Part shown: positions 31,402 through 42,295 of the stretch, in pieces | How positions within the stretch are numbered: the stretch's first letter is position 1 | Layout: every line of letters begins with the position of its first letter | IMG/VR virus record: IMGVR_UViG_3300037418_001469 | Reading direction: 5' to 3' (one strand) | Length of the DNA: 64,000 nucleotides | Origin: a virus | Notes under the pieces: model-generated | The model's input: the letters and a program-made list of their open reading frames with translations, nothing else | The model's database searches: none | Told to the model about the DNA's origin: nothing | Program-made: the position numbers and the translations under genes

Positions 31402-32427
31402 ATGAGTAAAAGACCACAAACATTTCATGATTACATTGGTCAAGACAGAATGAAAAGACAACTATCAGTAACGATGAGTGCATGTAAGAAAATGAATGAA
31501 CCACTTCCACATCTATTGGTAAGTGGACCCCCAGGTTTAGGCAAAACAACTATCGCAAAGATTATTGCAAGCGAAATGAATGTAGGATTTCATGAAGTAA
31601 TGGCTAGCAATATCAATAGCTTGGACGACTTAGAAAACGTATTCATCAATCTAGACGACAAGAAATATGACATATTGTTTATTGATGAAATTCACAGATT
31701 GCCAATGAAAGTAGAAGAACTGCTTTACCCTATCATGGAGGACTTCACTATTGAAGTAGAATCAACAGACCAATTTGGAAGAAAAAAACCTGAAAGATTT
31801 TGGATTCCTAAATTTACCTTGATAGGTGCTACTACATTAGCAGGAGACTTATCGCAACCAATGAGAGATAGGTTTGGACTTAACTTCACTCTTCAAAAGT
31901 ATTCTCAAGAAGAGACAGCAATGATTATTAACAATCTAGCATTGAGACAAGGAACAGAAATTACAGAGAATGCCCTAATGGATATTGCTAAACGTGCCAA
32001 AGGAACAGCAAGAATCGCTATTAATTACTTTAACCGTTGCAAAGAATATGCGACATTCCTAGGTAAAAAATTAATTGATGAAATAGCAACAACAGAACAG
32101 TTTGAATTGCTAGGTATTGATGAGTTAGGGTTAGATGAAAAGGACTTTGCTATCTTAGAATATCTAGCAACTCAAACTGCCCCAATTGGAATTGATACAC
32201 TAGTAACCGCAACCAACATAGACAAGAGCACAATACAAACGATTATTGAGCCTTATCTAGTGCAACAAAGATTGATGGATAGAACTAGAAGTGGTCGAAG
32301 AATTACCCCTAGAGGACTTGATTGGATTTACAGTAGTGGAAATTATGAGGTTGCTACTGAAATTATTGAGCCACAAATACAAGTAGCTACAAATAACGGA
32401 ATGAATAGATTCGGAAGTAGACGATAA
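31402..32427 (+). CDS. ruvB: Holliday junction branch migration ATPase RuvB
   Basis: RPQTFHDYIGQ, GPPGLGKTT, FIDEIHRL, FTLIGATT, MRDRFG, IEPYL, RTRSGR. Confidence 0.95.
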   Translation: MSKRPQTFHDYIGQDRMKRQLSVTMSACKKMNEPLPHLLVSGPPGLGKTTIAKIIASEMNVGFHEVMASNINSLDDLENVFINLDDKKYDILFIDEIHRLPMKVEELLYPIMEDFTIEVESTDQFGRKKPERFWIPKFTLIGATTLAGDLSQPMRDRFGLNFTLQKYSQEETAMIINNLALRQGTEITENALMDIAKRAKGTARIAINYFNRCKEYATFLGKKLIDEIATTEQFELLGIDELGLDEKDFAILEYLATQTAPIGIDTLVTATNIDKSTIQTIIEPYLVQQRLMDRTRSGRRITPRGLDWIYSSGNYEVATEIIEPQIQVATNNGMNRFGSRR

Positions 32428-32440
32428 GGAGTGACTGCTT

Positions 32441-33620
32441 ATGATAGGTTTTGATTGGATAACAATGAACCCAATTAAAGTTAATGAACCCACAAAGTCA
32501 AATTTACCTCAAATTTATACGTTTAAGTATAAGATTGGCGATGTGTTTTATGACCCTAACCAAGGAAATATCATTGAAATAACAGGATATAATTATAGTG
32601 CTATCGTAACATATAAAGGTGATATTACAACAAAAAATGCTAGCACTACGACAATAATAAAAACCAATACTATATATCAATCTGCGCTAGATAAATTAGA
32701 AAGGTATGATTCTTTGAGCAACTTAATGGACAGTAAGAAAAAGAATGGCATTAACTACAGAATACACTATGTTGATTTAGACACAAGCAAAAAAGTAGTA
32801 AAAGAAAAAGTAAAGCACACTACTATGACAATGACAGGCATCAGAGCATTAGCAAAGATGTTGAACTCCATGATAAAACGTAATCCTAATCGAAAAATTA
32901 TTATGGTGTCAGTAGTAGACGACCAAGGTATATATTTAAAAAGTGTTAAGTTTCTCCCCGAAGAGATAAAAAAACAAGTATTCTTAACAGGCATGAAGGA
33001 AAGGTTACTTGCATTTGCTAAATACGAATGTGGTTATGATATAGCAATAGGATTTTAAGGAGTGAATATATGTACAGATATAAGATATATTTTTATGACA
33101 GAGATATAAACTCTGAATATCCTGTAACAATAGAAAAAAAAGATATATGTGATTTGTGTAAGTGGTTGAATAAGCACACAACTAGGTGGAACTTAGAAGT
33201 TGTTTATGCTCAATTATTAGACGATAATCTTAATGTTAAAGGTCAAGTTGCACTACTACAAGAAGAATTGGATATTCAACACTTTATTACTTCACTACCC
33301 ACAAGACTGATTGCCTACCATGAGTTTATAAGCGGAGGTGTTTAATAGTGAACCTATATCGAATAAAATTAAGTGGACAATTCGCTAACTATATTTACTC
33401 TTATTCTAAATGTAGCGACATATTATCTCTCGCTAGGTTCGTCAATAAAAGAATAGAGAATTATCCAAAAGAAAGAATATTTGAAATTGACTTGGTAGAG
33501 AATTACGATGACAAAGAAGGAATCAGAGTGTTCTCACAGCATGAGTATAATATACAATATTTTTATGAGACATACGAAATGAGACTAATACAACACTATA
33601 GAGAGAAAAACGCAGTGTAG
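32441..33620 (+). other. Three paralogous hypothetical genes (32441-33058 C-terminal part, 33070-33345, 33348-33620)
   Basis: Shared Y(R/K)I...I..L.(K/R)..N...Q.F......RL pattern. Confidence 0.65.
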
Positions 33621-34291
33621 GGGGCTTACCCCTATACATAGGGAGAAACATATAATATTAATTATAGGAGATGGTTGGTATGATGACAGAGACAAAATTT
33701 AAAAGAGGCTATGAAAATGGAGAACAGACACTAGAGATTTATGAAGGCAAGGTAGACTTAGTATTGTATAATGACAAACCTAATAGTCCTAGTTTTTACT
33801 TCTATCGCTTTCCTTCGCAAGTAGTATTCGGAGAGAAACTAAGTAGAGAAGTTAGCCTAGTGCATAGACATGAAGTTGAGAAATTTCTTAAAAAGAAAGG
33901 AATGGATTACGGTGAATTAATTGAGAAGTTGCTACATGTAGCATGGTCAAATGATATGACAATGAGAGATGAAATGTAGCAAAAAAGTTTTTAAAAGTAG
34001 TTGACATAAGCTAGTCAGTGTGCTATACTAAAGATAGTTAAAGGAGATGATAACATGATTCACAATAATTACGAGAAACTAACCTATGAGGAAAGAAGGA
34101 TAACTGATGAAATGTTTGCCGAAGCATACAAGTATGCTATGAATAGAGGACTAAAACTATCAGGTGATGATAGGGCAGAAAGGTTGATTGAGGCTATTGC
34201 GACATATATAGTCGAAAGCAAAAAAGTTTAAAAATCAGGTATAAAACCTAACTAAATAACATATAATTATAATACAACAAACAAAGGAGAA

Positions 34292-34954
34292 GTGATAATT
34301 ATGGCAAAATCAATCGTTGAGGCTCGCAAAGCAAAAGCAAAGGTTAACGAAGATGATTTAGATTTCACAGTAGGTACTATTGCAGGATTGGAAGATACTA
34401 CTGACAATGAAATCATGCAAGTTGTAACAAAATTAAACGAAAACAAAGAAACTCAATTACAAGGAGATGATGTTGATATGACAACTCAAACAATCGAAAA
34501 AAACGTGGTCACACCTGAATCATTAGAAGGAACTGTTGAATTAAAACTTCGCAAGAATTACAAGCCACTTGTGGATACAATCATTAAAAACAATGACAAC
34601 GTAATAGTGCAAGAATTTGATACACACTTTCAAATCAATGCTCCACAGATTAAATTGACTCGTCAAGATGGAGAGCGTGCGCTAGGCAGACTGAATGATG
34701 GTCAATGGAGAGTTCTATTCATGAACAAACAAGGTGAACTAGTTAAATTTGATGATTATTCGTTTATCTTAGGTGTCCTTCCTGAAGAAATTGAAGAAAA
34801 CAAAGAAACCGCACAGCTTAACACTCGAATCGACTCCAAGGCTAAGTTAGAAATGGACGAAATTCGTGACTTATTAGGAATGACACAATCTAAGTTCCTT
34901 GAAGTGGCAATTGCTGAATATGTTTCAAAAGTCAAAGAGGAAATGATTCTATAA
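34292..34954 (+). CDS. Protein with C-terminal ribbon-helix-helix DNA-binding domain
   Basis: AQLNTRIDSKAKLEMDEIRDLLGMTQSKFLEVAIAEYV. Confidence 0.6.
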   Translation: MIIMAKSIVEARKAKAKVNEDDLDFTVGTIAGLEDTTDNEIMQVVTKLNENKETQLQGDDVDMTTQTIEKNVVTPESLEGTVELKLRKNYKPLVDTIIKNNDNVIVQEFDTHFQINAPQIKLTRQDGERALGRLNDGQWRVLFMNKQGELVKFDDYSFILGVLPEEIEENKETAQLNTRIDSKAKLEMDEIRDLLGMTQSKFLEVAIAEYVSKVKEEMIL

Positions 34955-35874
34955 TAGAGTGGGTTTATCCCACTCTTTAAAGGAGGTGAGTAATCAAATA
35001 ATATAACATAGGAAGGTGATAGTAATGGTCGAAACATTCAAACAAAAAATATTCGGAAGAAAAGCAAAATCACTATTCAATGTACTTCGTAACAGTGGTA
35101 AGATATCATTTGCTAATGATGTAATTGGTCTTAAGGTAACTAAAATTATAGATGGTGAATCAGGAAAATATGTTCTTCCTGACGGATTCTATGATTACCT
35201 TCCACTAAACGAGAGAGGATTGTATTACAAAGTATTCCTAGAAGATGGCTCTGACTACATTATAACAATAGACGAACAAACAAATAGTTTAATATTCAAC
35301 TTTAACACCACAACAGAGAAATTAAAAGGATTACAAGAAACAATCTTAAACTTTATTGATTATGATTATGGCAAGGAAAAGGATTAATTCCTTGCCTTTC
35401 CAAGGGAAATATATTATAATTATGTTATATGTGAGGAGATGTTGGCATGCCACGAACTAGAGATAGTTTTACAATCCGAATAAGTAGAGAATATTGGATT
35501 ACACAGGAAGGAAAAAAGATGTATGCACATGAATTTGATGACGAGCACCTATCTAACACCCTTGGACTTTTACATAGGCAGGCAAAAGCATACAGACTAG
35601 ATGAAGCACTACGCTTATGTGATATGGTTGATAGAATAGGATATGAAGGTCATAATCAACAAGGAGACTATCAGACATACAAGAAAAAAGTTGATATGTT
35701 TCTAGACCCTTCTATTAGTGACAAAGAATGGCTCAAACAAAACTCTAAAATATATGTCCTGCTTATGGAAGAGGCAAATTTTAGAGGAATTAAAGCTAAT
35801 GACACCATACCAAAGAAAATATTAAAATCAAAAATCACAGGTAGATATGCTTATGGAAACAACTATTCATTTAC

Positions 35875-36276
35875 TTGGACTTAAGGAGATGGCTTATAAT
35901 GGAAAACACAACAAAACATGAGGCAGATTTCGTATTTATTCAAGGTGGAAGTAATGTGTACTTCATAGAGAAAGATAGATATAACTGGTTAGATATATTT
36001 GTCGCTGTTGATGGATTTACGTTGCAGAGTTTTATAGATAGCGAGTATAAGACAACTGTATTAAATACGAGAGGAGAGGTTATCATGCAAAATTTTAAGA
36101 ATGTTGACATGAAGGTGGTGCAAGAATTATTATCAGGTGTAGAGAAATCATATGAAGAACGACTACAACTGCTAGCTGATATTGACAAGGCACTAGATGA
36201 AGGTGACAAAGAAAAATTCATGCGACTAACAGAATTATTAAATGGAGGTATCGAGAATGAGCGTGGAATCGCCTAA
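35875..36276 (+). CDS. IDEAL-domain protein
   Basis: C-terminal QLLADIDKALDEGDKEKFMRLTELL. Confidence 0.75.
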   Translation: MDLRRWLIMENTTKHEADFVFIQGGSNVYFIEKDRYNWLDIFVAVDGFTLQSFIDSEYKTTVLNTRGEVIMQNFKNVDMKVVQELLSGVEKSYEERLQLLADIDKALDEGDKEKFMRLTELLNGGIENERGIA

Positions 36277-38093
36277 AATACAGTACGGATTGATATACAA
36301 AAAGAAAGATAGAATGCTAGGAATAGAAAAAGCATATAATGGTGACGATAGGTATGCTTGCGGTGAATACACTTACAAGCTAAGTGAGTGGCTCGATGAA
36401 GAACCTTGGTTACTAGATGATTTAAACAAGGTTCTTATGGCAAAATGGGCATCAGAGGAGTGGTATAATTCATCATATGAGGAGCCTGTTAATCCATATC
36501 ATCCAACAGATTTAGAAATTATCAAAGTAGTAACTATCGTTACAACTATGGAGTCTGATGTACTGGAAGAATTGGAAGTTGTTAATGAGAATTTAAAAGA
36601 ACAAGGATACGCACCAATTAATGTTAAAAAGTATGTTCATGGTGATGACCCACCTATTGAAGAGGAGTAATTAAATTGAAAAGTTGGCAAGAAAAACCTT
36701 GCCTTCTTTTGGGAAATATATTATAATATAATTATCGGATAAGGACGTGATAATATGGCAAAAGGACTTAAAAATTTATGGTGGTATTGGTGCATTCTAT
36801 GTGGAATTACAATGACACTTATTATTGTGAATGGCGGTAAAATTGATACAGGTAACGGTATTGTAGGAGTATTGCTAAAAATGTTTGGAGGTTGATTACA
36901 ATGAGTATAATAGGTAAGAAAACAAAGTCTCGTGGCACTTGGGGTAGCATTAAGCCTATTACAAGAATTAAAGAGAGTGCTAGGGCTTACGATAGAAAAC
37001 AAACAAAAGCTGATACTAAGAAAAGGGTGAAAGAATATGAATAAAATCCCTATTGGTGACACATGGCTCTATTGGTACAATAGAGAGCACCGTGATAACG
37101 GATTCTACCAAGAACTAGAGGCACTGGAAAGATTGATTGAGATGGAGAAAGAGTTTCCAATCAAAGGTGAACAGTGGTTACGAGAATCAATTAAAAAGAA
37201 AATTATCTTACAGTGTAAAATTAAATCCTTGAAAAGTGGTGTTGTAAATGAGTAAAAACGTAGCTTACATGATTGTTGAAAAAGACACAAATAGAATACT
37301 TGATTCAGAGGCAAGACGTTTAGTAGAAAAAGAAGTTACTTTTCATTCATTATTTCCTGCAAGGTATGTTGCAGAAAATTTTCGCAATCGTGACTTAAGT
37401 GACAGACAAGGTAATTATTATAAAATTGTTGAAGTGGAGATTGTGGAGTTTGTCAATAATCAACTGACAATTGCCTGCGAAGAATACGAAGAAGAATTTA
37501 ATGCTCCATTCTAAGGAGGTGATATATATGAAGATTTGCCCAACGTGTAGAAAAAGACAGCTATATCTTCCATTAGTTCTTAATCCATTATCAAAAGACG
37601 GTCAAACCTATATCTGTAGACCATGTAAGGAGGAAGGAAAATGAGTAAGCAGAGGGCTACTTAAGCCCTTTGTACATAAGGAGGCAATCATATGAAATTT
37701 GAACATATAGATGGAAGGATATATTTACAGCTATACGAAAAGAAAATTGATGTAACAGATAGCGTAATGCCTGTTGTTGATGATTACTTAGACTTTCATT
37801 TAGGATTAGTTGGAAAACATGAAATGAAAAGACAGGCGCAGGAAGATAGACCACTTACTGATGCTGAGAAACTAAAGATAAACGAAGAATATCATAAGCA
37901 AAGCAATTGGAGGTAGACAATATGATGTTCAGAGTTAAGAGTGAATATAATCATGAAAACCCTTTGTATTATCATATAGATACAATTGCAATTGAACGAA
38001 AAGAAGGAGATATGGCTTACGTTTATGACACTAACGATGGAAATTACTTTTGGATTGAAGTTAAGAAATTAGAAATAGCAGAGGAGTTGTAAT

Positions 38094-38930
38094 ATGATAC
38101 TATTAAACAGTAAAGAAGTTGAGTTTGGTTCATTTCCAAACGGAGAAACATTATTTAAAAAAGACGGATTAGAGATTGCAACATCAATTCCTAATGAAAT
38201 ATCATTTAAATATGAGAATGATAGCGACTTAATTAAGCTGATGTTTCTAAAGAACTACTTAGACATTTTCAATGTCAGAAATAATCTAACAATATACTAT
38301 ATGCCTTATAGTCGAATGGATAGGAGTGAAGATGGTTCACCATTCACATTGAAGTATGTAGCTAACTTCATTAACAATCTAAAATTTGATTATGTAGAAA
38401 TAGTTGAGCCACATTCAGATGTTACATGTGCATTAGTTGATAGGTCTTTACCTAGATATATAAATTATCAGTTGATTGGAAGAGTCATTGAGGAAGTTGG
38501 TTTTAATCCACAGAATGATTATATCGTATTCCCTGATGCAGGTGCTCAGAAACGATACACTATGAGATTTCCTAATGTATTGGTAGGAAATAAAAAGCGT
38601 GACTTTACGACAGGAAATATATTAGGACTTGATATTGTCGGTGACATAAACAATGTTGGCACTAAGGCAATCATAGTTGACGATTTAACATCTAAAGGTA
38701 CGACATTCGTTAAGACAGCAGAAAAGCTAATAGATTTAGGCATGGAAGAAATATACTTGCTTGTTGCTCATGCTGAAAATACTATGTTTAAAGGAGAGTT
38801 ATTTGATGGACTGATTGATAAGATATTCACAACTGACTCACATGTTACTGAGCATGGTTTTTGGAGTAGTAGAAGATTCCAAGACAAGCTAAAGATATAT
38901 GATATTGAGGAGGTATTGAAAAGTGAGTAA
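38094..38930 (+). CDS. prs: Ribose-phosphate pyrophosphokinase-like (Adps-like in NARP1 context)
   Basis: FPNGE, YMPYSRMDR, EPHS, FPDAGA, KKRD, IVDDLTSKGTT, LVAH. Confidence 0.9.
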   Translation: MILLNSKEVEFGSFPNGETLFKKDGLEIATSIPNEISFKYENDSDLIKLMFLKNYLDIFNVRNNLTIYYMPYSRMDRSEDGSPFTLKYVANFINNLKFDYVEIVEPHSDVTCALVDRSLPRYINYQLIGRVIEEVGFNPQNDYIVFPDAGAQKRYTMRFPNVLVGNKKRDFTTGNILGLDIVGDINNVGTKAIIVDDLTSKGTTFVKTAEKLIDLGMEEIYLLVAHAENTMFKGELFDGLIDKIFTTDSHVTEHGFWSSRRFQDKLKIYDIEEVLKSE

Positions 38931-39119
38931 TCCGTTTAGATTAAGAGCAGAGCAAAGAGAGTTTGAGCAACAATACTATGGTGGATATTGCAACCAAGCT
39001 AGAGCAAAAGGAATTGAGCCTATGTCCTATGTGAAGTTTCAATTTAGACTAGGACTATTGTTAGGAAGAGACTTAACTAAAAAACAAATTATGAACGAAC
39101 TATTGAGGAGTGATGTTTA

Positions 39120-40853
39120 ATGACAAATACTAATCCATTTTTATTAGCTGACTTTTATAAGATAGGACATATTGCCCAATATCCAACTGAAACAGAGATG
39201 ATTTATTCTTCTTGGACACCACGAACTTCACGTATTAAAGGCATTGATAAAGTAGTTATGTTTGGTCTACAAGGATTCATCAAGCAATATCTAATCGACT
39301 ACTTCAATGAAAACTTCTTTGACAGGAATAAAGAAGAAGTTGTTAGTGAGTACGCTAGAGTCATAAAATATACTCTAGGAGTAGAGAATCCTAAGACAGA
39401 CCATATTGAGGACTTGCATGATTTAGGCTATCTGCCTATTAGAATAGATGCCCTCAAAGAAGGAACACTGACACCTTTACGAGTACCAATGCTAACTATT
39501 TATAATAGCAACCCTAAATTCTTTTGGCTAACAAACTTCCTAGAAACGCTAATGTCTGCTGAGTTATGGCAACCAATGACAATTGCTACATTATCAAAGC
39601 AGTATCGTAAAATATTAGACCGTTATGCTTTAGAAACTACTGGCTCTACAGAAGGAGTAGAGTTCCAAGCACACGATTTCTCTCTTAGAGGTATGGCAGG
39701 TGTTGAGGCAGGTAAGAAAGGTGGAGTAGGACACTTGTTATCCTTTGTAGGTACTGATACTATCCCATCTATTACTTACGCTGAGGCATACTATAATGCG
39801 AATATAGAGAAGGAGTTAGTTGGAACTTCTATTCCTGCAACCGAACACTCAGTAATGACAGCTAATTCTGATTATGAAACTCGTGATGAATACGAATCAT
39901 TCAGACGACTAATCGAAGATACTTATCCTAATGGATTTGTTTCAATCGTATCTGACACATATGATTTTTGGAAAGTTGTAGGCGAAGTTATACCTTCACT
40001 GAAAGATAAAATTATGGCTCGTGATGGTAAGGTAGTCATTCGTCCTGATAGTGGAGACCCTGTTGAAATTATTTGTGGTAAGCCTATTACTGACCTGACC
40101 AATGAAAAATACTGTGATACACTTGAAAATGCTAGAGATTTCTTCTATGAAGAACTAATGGATATACTACGAGAAGAGACTCCTCATGGTGAATATGGAG
40201 ATGATGAAGTTCGTGGTAGATTCAAGTATCAAGATAAATACTATGAACTAAGGATTAGTGTTGATTATGACAGATACGATAAGCAGTATTACTTCATTTG
40301 CGGTCATAAGATTAGGCTCTTTAAGGAATTTACCCCAAGCCTATCTGACCTAGGACTCATTGAATGCCTATATAATATCTTTGGAGGTACAGTAAATGAG
40401 AAAGGTTATAAGGTATTAGATTCTCATATCGGTGCTATCTACGGTGACTCTATCACTCTAGAGAGAGCAGAAGAAATTTGCAGACAACTTAAGGAGAAAG
40501 GCTTTGCATCTACCAATATTGTATTTGGTGTCGGTAGCTTTACAATGCAATATAATACCAGAGATACCTTTAGTTTTGCCATGAAAGCTACTTTCGGAGT
40601 CTTTAATGGTGAAGATAAGTTGATGTTTAAAGACCCTAAGACTGATAGTGGTATCAAGCGCTCACAAAGAGGATTAGTAGCAGTTGTGAAGAATGAAGAA
40701 GGAGAGATTACCTATATTGATGGTTTTGATAGAGAGTCTTATGGAGTTGACGAAATGCAACACTTTACCCTATTAGAGCCTGTATTCGAAGATGGTAAGC
40801 TACTTCGAGACCAATCATTAGCAGAAATTCGTGAGATTTTAGCAGGGGCTTAA
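39120..40853 (+). CDS. nadV: Nicotinamide phosphoribosyltransferase-like (Namat-like in NARP1 context)
   Basis: DFYKIGH, HDFSLRG, GTDT, PATEHSVM, VSDTYD, IRPDSGDP, YGDSIT, GVGSFT, KDPKTD; insertion after DSGDP. Confidence 0.93.
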   Translation: MTNTNPFLLADFYKIGHIAQYPTETEMIYSSWTPRTSRIKGIDKVVMFGLQGFIKQYLIDYFNENFFDRNKEEVVSEYARVIKYTLGVENPKTDHIEDLHDLGYLPIRIDALKEGTLTPLRVPMLTIYNSNPKFFWLTNFLETLMSAELWQPMTIATLSKQYRKILDRYALETTGSTEGVEFQAHDFSLRGMAGVEAGKKGGVGHLLSFVGTDTIPSITYAEAYYNANIEKELVGTSIPATEHSVMTANSDYETRDEYESFRRLIEDTYPNGFVSIVSDTYDFWKVVGEVIPSLKDKIMARDGKVVIRPDSGDPVEIICGKPITDLTNEKYCDTLENARDFFYEELMDILREETPHGEYGDDEVRGRFKYQDKYYELRISVDYDRYDKQYYFICGHKIRLFKEFTPSLSDLGLIECLYNIFGGTVNEKGYKVLDSHIGAIYGDSITLERAEEICRQLKEKGFASTNIVFGVGSFTMQYNTRDTFSFAMKATFGVFNGEDKLMFKDPKTDSGIKRSQRGLVAVVKNEEGEITYIDGFDRESYGVDEMQHFTLLEPVFEDGKLLRDQSLAEIREILAGA

Positions 40854-41548
40854 TGCCCTTGCTGAACACTTGACATAAAAGACGAAGGAGTGAAAATCGT
40901 GAAAAAAGGTGACGTTGTTGTTTTTGTAATTGGTACAGACAAAACGCAATACAAAGTAATCACTGATGAATACGAACTTCATGGGCGAATAGTAGTCGAT
41001 TTAGAAGGGTATTCGGGAGAGGTTGCAGTTGATTATCTTAAATTAGTTTAGTCGTCTTACGAAGATATAGCGAAAGGAGGAATACACATTGAATAAGATA
41101 GCTTTGAAGGATAATAAAACACTTCACATTACAAAAGGTAAAGAGTATGAATTAAGAACCTATGATGTCAGAGGCTTGGTTTCTGTTGTAAACGATGTTG
41201 GTGACAAAGTGATTATGTCAAGATATGATTTTGAATTTGAGATGATGGACTAGATAAAGGAGGAGATAGTATGGAAAATCTAGATGTTGCAATTTTTATT
41301 GAGAGATTTATGTATAGAGAAGGTTTAAAAAGTGGTGAAACTTCCGTTGCTGAATTGGTAAAAAAATTATTAGAAGAAGATGAATAAAAACCCTTGCTTT
41401 TCTCTTGGAAAGCAATTATAATATAAATATACGATAAAGGAAAGGTTGTTGATACTATGGAAAATCAAACACACTTGAATGCAGTCGGAGAGATTACTGA
41501 ATTGCTTTACTTTGCTAAAAATACTAATGAGAAGGAAGGTAGATAATT

Positions 41549-42277
41549 ATGGCACTAGATTTAACTAAAAAAGTAGCAGTAGCGAAGGTAGTATTGGAGA
41601 AGAAAAATGTATTTGGTCAGAAAGCACAGATTGTTATTGCAACTGATATCTCAGGTTCAATGAGTAGACGCTTTGAGCAAGGCAAGGTACAAGAACTTAT
41701 CACACGAATGCTAGGTATTGGAATGAATATGGACGTTAATAATGCTATTGATGTATTTGCTTTTAACAATAGGAGTCATGTAATTGGTGAAGCTACACAG
41801 TACAATATTGATGGATTTGTTGATAATGTCTTCCTTCGCAAAGTATCAGTTAATGGAGGTACTAGTTACTCTCCTGTAATGAGTGACATTGTTGGTAAGT
41901 TTGGAAATGTTGTTCAACCGCAAAGTGGTTTTGGTAAGTTGTTCGGTAAAAAATCTGAGCCTGTAATTGCGAATGTTCCTACTTTAGTATTCTTTATTAC
42001 TGATGGAGAACTTGGTCGGTCAGATAAAGAGGCAACAGAGAAGATTATCCGAGATTCCTCTAACCAAGCTATCTTTTGGCAGTTCATTGGTATTGGAAGT
42101 GAGGAGTTTGACTTCTTGCAAAAGCTAGATGATTTAAGTGGAAGATTTCTTGATAATGCTGACTTCTTCAAAGTAGAAGACCCAACTACTACTCCTGATG
42201 AATGGTTCTATGAGCAAATTCTAAATGAGTTTCCTTCTTGGTTGAATCAAGCAAAATCTAAAGGTATATTATTATAA
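41549..42277 (+). CDS. Ter-associated vWA domain protein (TerF-like vWA)
   Basis: MIDAS motif DISGSM, GGTSY, FITDG, IFWQFIGIG, LDNADFF. Confidence 0.88.
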   Translation: MALDLTKKVAVAKVVLEKKNVFGQKAQIVIATDISGSMSRRFEQGKVQELITRMLGIGMNMDVNNAIDVFAFNNRSHVIGEATQYNIDGFVDNVFLRKVSVNGGTSYSPVMSDIVGKFGNVVQPQSGFGKLFGKKSEPVIANVPTLVFFITDGELGRSDKEATEKIIRDSSNQAIFWQFIGIGSEEFDFLQKLDDLSGRFLDNADFFKVEDPTTTPDEWFYEQILNEFPSWLNQAKSKGILL

Positions 42278-42295
42278 TATAGGAGTGTTGTAAAT

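Noticed and set aside
38094-40853. NARP2 or classical Nampt+Nmnat salvage
   Set aside because: No NMN adenylyltransferase in the window; the partner is PRS-like
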